64,000 nucleotides of DNA from Octopus vulgaris (Eukaryota), in contig OX597842.1 in assembly GCA_951406725.2 (NCBI GenBank), forward strand, positions 4,588,001 through 4,652,000, given 5' to 3'. A program made the translations under genes and the position numbers. Below the pieces are notes generated by a model, which made no database searches, was not told the DNA's origin, and was given only the letters and a program-made list of their open reading frames with translations. The first letter of the stretch is position 1. Each line of letters begins with the position of its first letter. Positions 1-12,700 of the stretch are shown here, one piece after another.

Positions 1-605
1 CAAGTTGGCACAGGAAGAATATAAGAAATGGAGGCACGACCAGGTTGTAAATGTTTTACACTGGAAACTGTGCCACAAATGGGGATTTCAAGCTAGAAAC
101 ATATGGTAGCCTCTTTGAGTTGAATGAGTACTGGAATTGAAGAAATGTAAGATTTTGGTGGGACTTTGCTATTGAAATGAAGAAGTTAGAAAATAATAGA
201 CTAGACATAACAATTATAGGTAAAGAAAAGCAAAGTGGCTTAATTATCGACCCCTTGTGCCCATATGATTCCAGGATCATAAAGAAAGAGGAAGAAAAAC
301 AAAGAAAATTTACAATCCCTTAAAGTTTGAAATAGGTAGAATTTTGAGCATGTGAACAGTAAAGGTTACACCTGTAGTAATTGGTGTGTTGGGAACAGTA
401 AACCAAGATGTAGACAAATGGTTGAAGGAGATTGAAATAGAATGCCTGGTAAAGCTCTTACAGAAAGCTTCTCTCTTAGGGAGAGCAAGGATTGGTTATC
501 AGAAGGGTTCTAAACACTTGAAAGACTGCTGAAAACTTGTGGATACCTAAGGTAGTAACATGCTAGCCACATAATTCCTACTAAAATTTCTACTAAAATA
601 ATAAT
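1..605 (+). mobile_element. 3' end of a decayed R4/Dong-like non-LTR retrotransposon (restriction-like endonuclease region)
   Basis: Translates to ..YKKWRHDQVVNVLHWKLC..ILWDF..NRLDI..IIDPLCPYD..VVIGVLGTV.. with frameshifts; ends in AATAATAAT. Confidence 0.85.
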
Positions 606-807
606 TTCAGGTACAAAGCCTGAAATTTGTGGGGAGGAGCTTGTCAATTATATCGACCCCTGTGTGTAACTGGTACTTATTTCATCGATCCCAAAAGGAT
701 GGAAAGCAAAGTCAACCCCTGCAGAATTTGAACTCAGAACATAATGATGGAGGAAATGCTGCTAAACATTTTGCCTGGTGTGCTAACGATTCTGCCAGCT
801 CACCACC

Positions 808-875
<68 letters not shown>

Positions 876-1353
876 TACTATAATAATAATAATAATGATA
901 AGAAGAAGAAGAAGAATGATGATTTCTTTTATTGGCCACAAGGGTGCAAGACAATTGTTTTATTGACCTTGGTGGATTTTGAACTCAGAATACAAAGACA
1001 GACAAGATACCGCTAAGTATTTTGCCTGGCACGTCAACCATTCTGCCAGAGGATGAGATACGACACACAATCAAGGGAAGACACTACAACATTAAATGAT
1101 ACAACAAAAGGATATATATAAATGTAAATCACAAAAATAAATAATTAATCCCCAAAAGCAAGGGTAATTTAGGGTAAACCCCACACAAAAAATCCCTGAT
1201 TGCTCTCCCGTCTCCTGGGCATAGGTACTGCCATCTTCCAGTTTCTTTCCTTCTACTTAGAAAAACATACTCCGAGTAAATCCATTCAACCTCTCCAGTC
1301 TTGATACTCTCATCTTCCATCAATAATGTGTTTCTGTTTATATCCTGTTTCAG

Positions 1354-1455
1354 GTGTGAGTCTAACTGTTCCCGAAGGTGCCATTTGTAAAGGAGATAGT
1401 GAAGAGGTGTTCCTGGCCGTATGTAGAGATGATAAAGACAGACCTAAATTAACAG
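1354..1455 (+). CDS. unc5: UNC-5 exon, ZU5 domain (GVSLTVPEGAICKGDSEEVFLAVCRDDKDRPKLT)
   Basis: tttcag| acceptor, |gtgagt donor, 102 nt, phase 1-1. Confidence 0.93.
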
Positions 1456-2060
1456 GTGAGTTGCTGCTATGACAACTGTGTCACTAGGTGGTCCATTGGG
1501 TCTCAATGTCATGTAGAGATCTGATACATAAGGCAGAAGGGTGTGATTTGTGGGAGATTTGGCTGCTATTTCTACCAGGCCTAGCTGTCTCATCAGAGAT
1601 TTCCCTCATTGGCTCATACACACACACACATGCATTAGATAGTAGGTTGTGGTATGAGGAAGATTTGGCTGCTATTTCTGCCAAGTCTAGCTACTGTGTA
1701 GAGGTATCCTTCATTGGCTTATACATGTATACATACATATAACTGTAGAACGTGATTTTGAGGGAGACTTGGCTGCTATTTCTGCCAGGTCTAGCTACCA
1801 TATAGATTCATTGGGTGACCACTACATGATAGGTAGACCTGTTAGAAATAGCAGTCAAATCTCATATGACACTCACTTTCATCTTCAAAGAACATACTTT
1901 ATGGTCCCAGATTCCCTATTTGGAAAAAAAAGAAAACAATAACACGATACACATATACCACAACCACCAGATTTACACACCAGCATCATACCACTTCCAC
2001 CACACCACCATCATACCACTTCCACCTCCCCCCACTAACATGTTGTTCTCTTATTTCCAG

Positions 2061-2227
2061 ACAAACAGACAATACTCAGTCCAGTAATTCTGTGCGGACC
2101 CACAAGTGTATTACTGAAGAAACCTGTTGTTATATCGTTCCAACATTGCGCCAACATGCGGCAGGGTGCCTGGATATTGTCAGTCTATAACTGCGACACA
2201 CCCATAGATGAAGCTTCATATTGGACA
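2061..2227 (+). CDS. unc5: UNC-5 exon, ZU5 domain (KQTILSPVILCGPTSVLLKKPVVISFQHCA...YWT)
   Basis: ttccag| acceptor, |gtaagt donor, phase 1-0; LSPV..CGP ZU5 motif. Confidence 0.95.
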
Positions 2228-2574
2228 GTAAGTGACCATCATTGCTTAAAGGATTGAACTTACTGTTTGTCTATTTGTCTGTCTTTATGTGTTTGTCAAT
2301 GGGTTTATCTAATCACTCTATGTCTATCTTGTATATCTTGGACTTAAATATAATATGTAAAGGTAAAATCCCAGGATCAAAGTGTAGGAAGTTAGCAAGC
2401 TTCAAGTAGTCAATAGAAGATAAAAAAACAACTTTCAGGAACAACAGTGGTTTATTGACGTAGAAGTTGGTAAGTTTTTCCAACATCCAGTAAGCTGGAA
2501 AAAGTTACTTGTAGTTTACAGTTAGCAGCAGGGGTTGCTGTGTGTGAATAAAAATCCCTTTTGGGACCGTCTCT

Positions 2575-2849
2575 CCACTGTTGCCCCTACTGTATATATT
2601 ATTGAACATTTATGGTGCATTTTAGAAAAACAAGTAGGGAGTCGATATCTTCAACCATCATCACTACAAGAACTGGAGAATGTTTTAGCTGAAGAATGGA
2701 CAAAAATTCCTTTGGAAACAATTGAAACTTTGTACGAGTCCATAACTCATAGAATTCAAGCTGTAATCACTGTCAAGGTGGTCCTACTCTATATTAAAAT
2801 TAATTTGTTTGAAATTTTAAGGCGTTTCCATTATTTTGTCCAACTTCTG
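2575..2849 (+). mobile_element. Tc1/mariner transposon 3' fragment (transposase C-terminus plus right TIR)
   Basis: IIEHLWCILEKQV..LQELENVLAEEWTKIPLETI..LYESI..RIQAVI; terminus ...ttttgtccaacttctg followed by TA. Confidence 0.85.
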
Positions 2850-2853
2850 TATG

Positions 2854-2897
<44 letters not shown>

Positions 2898-2995
2898 GGA
2901 GTAAGCACATAAATGTGAAACAAAGTGGACAAAAGAGTACTCAAATACCAGAGGTAGAGTAATATGCTTTAAAATCAGCAGAAATATAACAAAAG

Positions 2996-3031
2996 CTGTT
3001 ACTCAGTTTCACGTTCCCATTCGTCGGACAG
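2996..3031 (-). ncRNA. Minimal type-I hammerhead ribozyme motif (family A)
   Basis: Minus strand reads CUGU-CCGACGA-AUG GGAA CGU-GAAAC UGA GUA-ACAG; helices I, II and III can all form. Confidence 0.6.
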
Positions 3032-4222
3032 TTTTGTTATGTATATATAATAAATTTATCACTGTCTGTCTTAAATTTTGTTATGTATGTAGATTTTTTG
3101 CATTATATCTGTGTGTGTGTGTGCAATGCTGTCTGTGTGCTTTTTTCTTTCTGATTAGTCTGATTAACAGCCAATTAGTATTTATTAACAATTTCACAAT
3201 TATCTCAATCAAACTTAAATTTTTATTATTTTTCATAAAGAGGACAATTCAAATCATTAATGAATTATATTAATTATAATTAACTAAAACCATAAAGTTA
3301 TTGTTGCTGTGTTTCTGTTTCATTTCAATTCTATTATTAACAATTAATACAATAGCAATAACTATTAATTAATGATTCATGACTTCTTAATTAGTTGTAA
3401 TCAAGAGTCTAGCAGTGCTACAAAACTTTCTCAACATACTCTCTATACCAGAGTTTCTGAACCATATTTTTGCCCATGGATCCCTTTGATTCCTGTTAGA
3501 GGGACCTTCCTAGCTATTTGATGTTTTTAAAAAAGTCCTATAATATTTTTAGAATTTAATCATCATCATCATTTAACCAGGGGTACAAATATATGAAGCC
3601 CAATATACCCATCATGACTACCCATCTAATAAGGGTACACCAGGCACATGCATCTGGCAACTTTTAAAAACCAAGATACTTCTAAATCACTATAGCTTTA
3701 TAACCAGAATAACAACATCCCTCTTCATTTCTTGAGTAAGATTATACAGATTTAGAAAAAGATGCAGGTATGTCCTCAACTACCTTACGCACCCTGTATA
3801 TATATAATTCTAGCATCTAAGCCCGGTTTCACCCAGTCTGTTTGGATGATGTGGCTGTGATCATTTTCAGTTAGGCATAATCTATAACAGCTTTTCTCAA
3901 CCATATCATTTCGGGTCCCCTGTTTCGATTGGAGCCTCCAACTGTATGAAAATTTCCTGGCCCCACCCATTCAGAAAACAGCTTCTAAGCAACTGATTGT
4001 TTTCATGGTGGGAGAAAGAGGGGAATTCCATTAGAAAATGCTTTAATCGATTTTCTCGGTAAGTAGGGGGGGGCAAAGTAAAAAATACAAACTGCATTCC
4101 AATCTATGCACCCATCTCCACCTGTGTGCCATTTTTCACGTGAATCCACCCAGCCGTTTGGCTGTGAACCTCAAGACAAGAAAGAATATAATGATTGCCC
4201 ATGTCCAATTTATATTATAGAT

Positions 4223-4431
4223 CAGTGGTTTTCAACCAGGGTTCCGCAGAACCTTAGGGTTCCGCCAGTACAGTCCAGGGTTCCGCCAGAACAGTCCAGG
4301 GTTCCGCAAAAAGTTACAAATCGACAGTAATTTTTAATTCTCCTGTGCAGATATATGTGCATAAGACAATTGAATTATTGCACAGGGGTTCCTCAAGCCA
4401 GTGAAATGTTTTCTTGCTTTGAAAAGCACTG
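4223..4431. mobile_element. hAT (Charlie-type) MITE
   Basis: TIRs cagtggttttcaa / ttgaaaagcactg; 8-bp TSD ttatagat/gtatagat; internal agggttccgc repeats. Confidence 0.8.
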
Positions 4432-4474
4432 GTATAGATAATGTAATGTTCACCCTTTTCTTCTCTATTTTCAG

Positions 4475-4711
4475 AAACTTGTTACCCTCGGCCAAGAGAC
4501 AATCAACACCCCTATATACACCCAGCTCGACCCAAACCATTGCCACATAATGACTGAACAGCTCCACCGTTATACACTCATAGGCGAGTCAGTGCCTGGA
4601 GGTCGTGCGATTAAAATTCTGCGTCTTGTCGCCTTTGCACCCGCTATGCCACCCTCAATGGATTACAGCATCAGGGTTTACGTTGTGGAGGATACCCAAG
4701 ATGCGTTGGAG
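4475..4711 (+). CDS. unc5: UNC-5 exon, ZU5/UPA (KLVTLGQETINTP...YSIRVYVVEDTQDALE)
   Basis: tttcag| acceptor, |gtaaga donor, 79 codons; overlaps track ORF 4550-4756. Confidence 0.96.
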
Positions 4712-4797
4712 GTAAGAACACTCACTCTTCTATATTTAAGAGATGAGGGATTATGAACATTTACGTTCAACGGATATTTGTCCTCATCTTTGTTGTT

Positions 4798-4840
4798 AAT
4801 ACGTTTCAGCTGATATACCCTCCAGCCTTCTTCAGGTGTC
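4798..4840 (-). ncRNA. Hammerhead ribozyme motif (family B) in a Penelope-type terminal repeat remnant
   Basis: Minus strand reads CUGAAGA-a-GGCUG gaggguauau CAGCU-GAAAC GUA; helix I is eroded. An inverted relative lies at ~5370-5440. Confidence 0.5.
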
Positions 4841-4990
4841 TTGGGGAAATTACAAACCTGGGTTCTCATTCCTAAGGTATTTTTCAATGTTGTTATTGTT
4901 GTTATTATTATTAAGAAGGCTGTCCTACACCATATTAAAATAAATTTGTTTGAAATTTTAAGGTGTTTCCATTATTTTGTCCAACCTCTG

Positions 4991-5028
<38 letters not shown>

Positions 5029-5098
5029 GGAGTAAGCACATAGATGTGAAACAAGGTGGACAAAAGAGTACTCAAATACCAGAGGTAGAGTAATATGT

Positions 5099-5250
5099 TT
5101 TATTTAAAAGCAGCAGAAATATAACAAAAGCTGTTACTCAGAGTTTCACATTCCCGTTCATCGGACAGTTTTGTTAACAATTTGTTGATGAACGGGAACG
5201 TGAAACTCTGAGTAACAGCTTTTGTTATATTTCTGCTGCTTTTAAATAAA
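5099..5250. repeat. Inverted repeat (~65-bp arms) made of two head-to-head family-A hammerhead-bearing element ends
   Basis: tttatttaaaagcagc...cccgttcatc mirrors gatgaacggg...gctgcttttaaataaa; HHR motifs at 5131-5168 (-) and 5182-5218 (+). Confidence 0.85.
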
Positions 5251-6746
5251 GTATATATATAGAGAGAGAACAAACAAGGATAAGCAAGAAAAAACAACAA
5301 CACGAGGACATAGAACAAGTACTCTGTTATTGGACACTCAGGAAAGGAAGGGAAAGAAAGAGGATTTCACTCTATCAGCTGAAATGTTGTGATAACAACA
5401 AACAAGGTGAGGACAAATATTCATCAAATATAAATAATGAACACTCACTCTGGTCTTTTGTTTTTGCATAGGTACATTGTCTCCTTGAGCAAGATACTTT
5501 GTTTCACCTTGCTCAGACTACTTGGCTCTATACATGTACCAGCTAACTACTGGTGTAGTCCCCCTCTCTCTTTCTCTCTCTCTCCTACTCTTTCTCCCTC
5601 TCCCTTTTCTCTCTCTCCTACTCTTTCTCTCCCCCCCTCTCTGACAATAAATCCCTAATGTTCTGCTGAGTTAAGACAGGTAGGGAGACGGCTGTGTCTC
5701 ATTGTGACTCCATCTGCACCTAATACAACCAGCAAAAGCAGGGTATCAACTACAAAGTCACATGCAGTTCCAAATTGCTGCCATCTCTTCATATTTCTGT
5801 ATACATGTGTATGCCTTTGTATACACACACACACACACACATATTTTGGCTAATACATGTATGTGTATATACCTGTGTGTCTGTGTGTGTACACATACAC
5901 ACATACTCATATATGTGCAGGTTAGCAACTTGCTTTACAACCAAATGATTCCAGGTTCAGTCCCACTGTGTGGCTCCTTGGGAAAGTGTTTTCTGCTATA
6001 GCCTTGGGCTAACCAAAGCCTTCTGAGTGGATTTGGTTGAAAGAGACTGAAAGAAGCCCGTCGTATACATATATATCTATGTGTGTATGTGTCTTTGTGT
6101 TTCTTTTGTCTCCCCCTCCCCCACTGCTTGACAATCAATATTGATGTGTTAACACCCCTATTACTTAGCAGTTCAGCAAAAAGTGACCGATAGAATAAGT
6201 ACCACGCTTTAAAAAAAAAGAAAGAATTACTGGGGTCGGTAGGTTTGACTAAAAATTTTACAGTCTGGACATTATTGTATTCTCTCATGCTGTGACAGTC
6301 TGGACATATTGTATTCTCTCAGTGACTGAAACCAGTACTGGACATATTGTAATTCTCTCAGAGATGACAGTCTGGAGCATATTGTATTCTCTGCAGTGTG
6401 CACAGTCTGGTTGCATGCATTTTGAAGTGTGGAGATGCACACAATTTATGAAATTGCAATATTATGTCAGTTTGTGTGACTAATGCAACATGTGCATAAA
6501 TGTCTGTGCAGCAGTGTTGATTGGTTTAGGAGGAGGAGGGTTGGGTAGGAGGTTATTGTTGATCAATACAAGTATTGGTATTAAACTGGTAGTTCATAGG
6601 ATGCAGGTGGTGGTGGTGGTCGTGGTTGTGTAGTCCCAAGTCACCCTGATCCACTTGTCCTATCACGCACAAAGTAGGTAGCTGAAGTTTGACATATTCA
6701 CATCTCTACACACTTTGACATGCAGCAAAAGAATGTATGAGATGCA

Positions 6747-9700
6747 ATGTGGCAGTCTGGACATATTGTATTCTCTCAGTGTGACAGCCTGGACATATTG
6801 TACTCTCTCAGTGTGACAGTCTGGACATATTGTACTCTCTCAGTGTGGCAGTCTGGACATATTGTACTCTCTCAGTGTGACAGTCTGGACATATTGTATT
6901 CTCTCAGTGTGACAGTCTGGACATATTGTACTCTCTCAGTTTGACAGTCTGGACATATTGTACTCTCTCAGTGTGACAGTCTGGACATATTGTATTCTCT
7001 CAGTGTGACAGTCTGGACATATTGTATTCTCTCAGTGTGACAGTCTGGACATATTGTACTCTCTCAGTGTGACAGTCTGGACATATTGTATTCTCTCAGT
7101 GTGACAGTCTGGACATATTGTACTCTCTCAGTGTGACAGTCTGGACATATTGTACTCTCTCAGTGTGACAGTCTGGACATATTGTATTCTCTCAGTGTGA
7201 CAGTCTGGACATATTGTATTCTCTCAGTGTGACAGTCTGGACATATTGTATTCTCTCAGTGTGACAGTCTGGACATATTGTACTCTCTCAGTGTGACAGT
7301 CTGGACATATTGTACTCTCTCAGTGTGACAGTCTGGACATATTGTATTCTCTCAGTGTGACAGTCTGGACATATTGTATTCTCTCAGTGTGACAGTCTGG
7401 ACATATTGTATTCTCTCAGTGTGACAGTCTGGACATATTGTATTCTCTCAGTGTGACAGTCTGGACATATTGTATTCTCTCAGTGTGACAGTCTGGACAT
7501 ATTGTATTCTCTCAGTGTGACAGTCTGGACATATTGTATTCTCTCAGTGTGACAGTCTGGACATATTGTACTCTCTCAGTGTGACAGTCTGGACATATTG
7601 TACTCTCTCAGTGTGACAGTCTGGACATATTGTATTCTCTCAGTGTGACAGTCTGGACATATTGTACTCTCTCAGTGTGACAGTCTGGACATATTGTATT
7701 CTCTCAGTGTGACAGTCTGGACATATTGTATTCTCTCAGTGTGACAGTCTGGACATATTGTACTCTCTCAGTTTGACAGTCTGGACATATTGTACTCTCT
7801 CAGTGTGACAGTCTGGACATATTGTATTCTCTCAGTGTGACAGTCTGGACATATTGTATTCTCTCAGTGTGACAGTCTGGACATATTGTACTCTCTCAGT
7901 GTGACAGTCTGGACATATTGTACTCTCTCAGTGTGACAGTCTGGACATATTGTATTCTCTCAGTGTGACAGTCTGGACATATTGTACTCTCTCAGTGTGA
8001 CAGTCTGGACATATTGTATTCTCTCAGTGTGACAGTCTGGACATATTGTATTCTCTCAGTGTGACAGTCTGGACATATTGTATTCTCTCAGTGTGACAGT
8101 CTGGACATATTGTATTCTCTCAGTGTGACAGTCTGGACATATTGTACTCTCTCAGTGTGACAGTCTGGACATATTGTACTCTCTCAGTTTGACAGTCTGG
8201 ACATATTGTATTCTCTCAGTGTGACAGTCTGGACATATTGTATTCTCTCAGTTGACAGTCTGGACATATTGTATTCTCTCAGTGTGACAGTCTGGACATA
8301 TTGTATTCTCTCAGTGTGACAGTCTGGACATATTGTATTCTCTCAGTGTGACAGTCTGGACATATTGTATTCTCTCAGTGTGACAGTCTGGACATATTGT
8401 ATTCTCTCAGTGTGACAGCCTGGACATATTGTACTCTCTCAGTGTGACAGTCTGGACATATTGTATTCTCTCAGTGTGACAGTCTGGACATATTGTATTC
8501 TCTCAGTGTGACAGTCTGGACATATTGTACTCTCTCAGTGTGACAGTCTGGACATATTGTACTCTCTCAGTTTGACAGTCTGGACATATTGTATTCTCTC
8601 AGTGTGACAGTCTGGACATATTGTACTCTCTCTCAGTGTGACAGTCTGGACATATTGTATTCTCTCAGTTGTGACAGCCTGGACATATTGTATTCTCTCA
8701 GTGTGACAGTCTGGACATATTGTACTCTCTCAGTGTGACAGTCTGGACATATTGTATTCTCTCAGTTTGACAGTCTGGACATATTGTACTCTCTCAGTTT
8801 GACAGTCTGGACATATTGTACTCTCTCAGTGTGACAGTCTGGACATATTGTATTCTCTCAGTGTGACAGTCTGGACATATTGTATTCTCTCAGTGTGACA
8901 GTCTGGACATATTGTATTCTCTCAGTGTGACAGTCTGGACATATTGTATTCTCTCAGTTTGACAGCCTGGACATATTGTATTCTCTCAGTGTGACAGTCT
9001 GGACATATTGTATTCTCTCAGTGTGACAGTCTGGACATATTGTATTCTCTCAGTGTGACAGTCTGGACATATTGTATTCTCTCAGTGTGACAGTCTGGAC
9101 ATATTGTATTCTCTCAGTGTGACAGTCTGGACATATTGTATTCTCTCAGTGTGACAGTCTGGACATATTGTATTCTCTCAGTGTGACAGTCTGGACATAT
9201 TGTATTCTCTCAGTGTGACAGCCTGGACATATTGTATTCTCTCAGTGTGACAGTCTGGACATATTGTATTCTCTCAGTGTGACAGTCTGGACATATTGTA
9301 TTCTCTCAGTGTGACAGTCTGGACATATTGTATTCTCTCAGTGTGACAGTCTGGACATATTGTATTCTCTCAGTGTGACAGTCTGGACATATTGTATTCT
9401 CTCAGTGTGACAGTCTGGACATATTGTATTCTCTCTCAGTGTGACAGTCTGGACATATTGTATTCTCTCAGTGTGACAGTCTGGACATATTGTATTCTCT
9501 CAGTGTGACAGCCTGGACATATTGTACTCTCTCAGTGTGGCAGTCTGGACATATTGTACTCTCTCAGTGTGGCAGTCTGGACATATTGTACTCTCTCAGT
9601 GTGACAGTCTGGACATATTGTATTCTCTCAGTGTGACAGTCTGGACATATTGTATTCTCTCAGTGTGACAGTCTGGACATATTGTACTCTCTCTCAGTTT

Positions 9701-12700
9701 GACAGTCTGGACATATTGTATTCTCTCAGTGTGACAGTCTGGACATATTGTATTCTCTCAGTGTGACAGTCTGGACATATTGTATTCTCTCAGTGTGACA
9801 GCCTGGACATATTGTACTCTCTCAGTGTGGCAGTCTGGACATATTGTACTCTCTCAGTTTGACAGTCTGGACATATTGTATTCTCTCAGTGTGACAGTCT
9901 GGACATATTGTATTCTCTCAGTGTGACAGCCTGGACATATTGTACTCTCTCAGTGTGGCAGTCTGGACATATTGTACTCTCTCAGTTTGACAGTCTGGAC
10001 ATATTGTATTCTCTCAGTGTGACAGTCTGGACATATTGTATTCTCTCAGTTTGACAGTCTGGACATATTGTACTCTCTCGGTGTGACAGTCTGGACATAT
10101 TGTATTCTCTCAGTGTGACAGTCTGGACATATTGTATTCTCTCAGTGTGACAGTCTGGACATATTGTATTCTCTCAGTGTGACAGTCTGGACATATTGTA
10201 TTCTCTCAGTGTGACAGCCTGGACATATTGTACTCTCTCAGTGTGGCAGTCTGGACATATTGTACTCTCTCAGTTTGACAGTCTGGACATATTGTATTCT
10301 CTCAGTGTGACAGTCTGGACATATTGTATTCTCTCAGTTTGACAGTCTGGACATATTGTACTCTCTCGGTGTGACAGTCTGGACATATTGTACTCTCTCA
10401 GTGTGACAGTCTGGACATATTGTATTCTCTCAGTGTGACAGTCTGGACATATTGTATTCTCTCAGTGTGACAGTCTGGACATATTGTATTCTCTCAGTGT
10501 GACAGCCTGGACATATTGTATTCTCTCAGTGTGACAGTCTGGACATATTGTATTCTCTCAGTGTGACAGTCTGGACATATTGTATTCTCTCAGTGTGACA
10601 GTCTGGACATATTGTACTCTCTCAGTGTGGCAGTCTGGACATATTGTACTCTCTCAGTTTGACAGCCTGGACATATTGTATTCTCTCAGTGTGACAGTCT
10701 GGACATATTGTACTCTCTCAGTGTGGCAGTCTGGACATATTGTACTCTCTCAGTTTGACAGCCTGGACATATTGTACTCTCTCATCGTGACAGTCTGGAC
10801 ATATTGTACTCTCTCAGTGTGACAGTCTGGACATATTGTATTCTCTCAGTTTGACAGTCTGGACATATTGTACTCTCTCAGTTTGACAGTCTGGACATAT
10901 TGTACTCTCTCAGTTTGACAGCCTGGACATATTGTATTCTCTCAGTGTGACAGCCTGGACATATTGTATTCTCTCAGTGTGACAGTCTGGACATATTGTA
11001 TTCTCTCAGTGTGACAGCCTGGACATATTGTATTCTCTCAGTGTGACAGTCTGGACATATTGTATTCTCTCAGTTTGACAGTCTGGACATATTGTACTCT
11101 CTCAGTTTGACAGTCTGGACATATTGTACTCTCTCGGTGTGACAGTCTGGACATATTGTATTCTCTCAGTGTGACAGTCTGGACATATTGTATTCTCTCA
11201 GTGTGACAGTCTGGACATATTGTATTCTCTCAGTGTGACAGTCTGGACATATTGTATTCTCTCAGTGTGACAGCCTGGACATATTGTATTCTCTCAGTGT
11301 GACAGCCTGGACATATTGTATTTCTCTCAGTGTGACAGCCTGGACATATTGTACTCTCTCAGTGTGACAGTCTGGACATATTGTATTCTCTCAGTTTGAC
11401 AGTCTGGACATATTGTATTCTCTCAGTGTGACAGTCTGGACATATTGTATTCTCTCAGTGTGACAGTCTGGACATATTGTATTCTCTCAGTGTGACAGCC
11501 TGGACATATTGTATTCTCTCAGTGTGACAGCCTGGACATATTGTATTCTCTCAGTGTGACAGCCTGGACATATTGTATTCTCTCAGTGTGACAGTCTGGA
11601 CATATTGTACTCTCTCAGTTTGACAGTCTGGACATATTGTACTCTCTCGGTGTGACAGTCTGGACATATTGTATTCTCTCAGTGTGACAGCCTGGACATA
11701 TTGTAATCTCTCAGTTTGACAGTCTGGACATATTGTATTCTCTCAGTGTGACAGCCTGGACATATTGTATTCTCTCAGTGTGACAGTCTGGACATATTGT
11801 ACTCTCTCAGTTTGACAGTCTGGACATATTGTATTCTCTCAGTGTGACAGTCTGGACATATTGTATTCTCTCAGTGTGACAGTCTGGACATATTGTATTC
11901 TCTCAGTGTGACAGTCTGGACATATTGTATTCTCTCAGTGTGACAGTCTGGACATATTGTACTCTCTCAGTGTGGCAGTCTGGACATATTGTACTCTCTC
12001 AGTGTGACAGTCTGGACATATTGTATTCTCTCAGTGTGACAGTCTGGACATATTGTATTCTCTCAGTGTCTCAGTGTGACAGTCTGGACATATTGTATTC
12101 TCTCAGTGTGACAGTCTGGACATATTGTACTCTCTCAGTGTGACAGTCTGGACATATTGTATTCTCTCAGTGTGACAGTCTGGACATATTGTATTCTCTC
12201 AGTGTGACAGTCTGGACATATTGTATTCTCTCAGTGTGACAGTCTGGACATATTGTATTCTCTCAGTGTGACAGTCTGGACATATTGTATTCTCTCAGTG
12301 TGACAGTCTGGACATATTGTATTCTCTCAGTGTGACAGTCTGGACATATTGTATTCTCTCAGTGTGACAGTCTGGACATATTGTACTCTCTCAGTGTGAC
12401 AGTCTGGACATATTGTATTCTCTCAGTGTGACAGTCTGGACATATTGTATTCTCTCAGTGTGACAGTCTGGACATATTGTACTCTCTCAGTGTGGCAGTC
12501 TGGACATATTGTATTCTCTCAGTGTGACAGTCTGGACATATTGTATTCTCTCAGTGTGACAGTCTGGACATATTGTATTCTCTCAGTGTGACAGTCTGGA
12601 CATATTGTACTCTCTCAGTTTGACAGTCTGGACATATTGTATTCTCTCAGTGTGACAGTCTGGACATATTGTATTCTCTCAGTGTGACAGTCTGGACATA

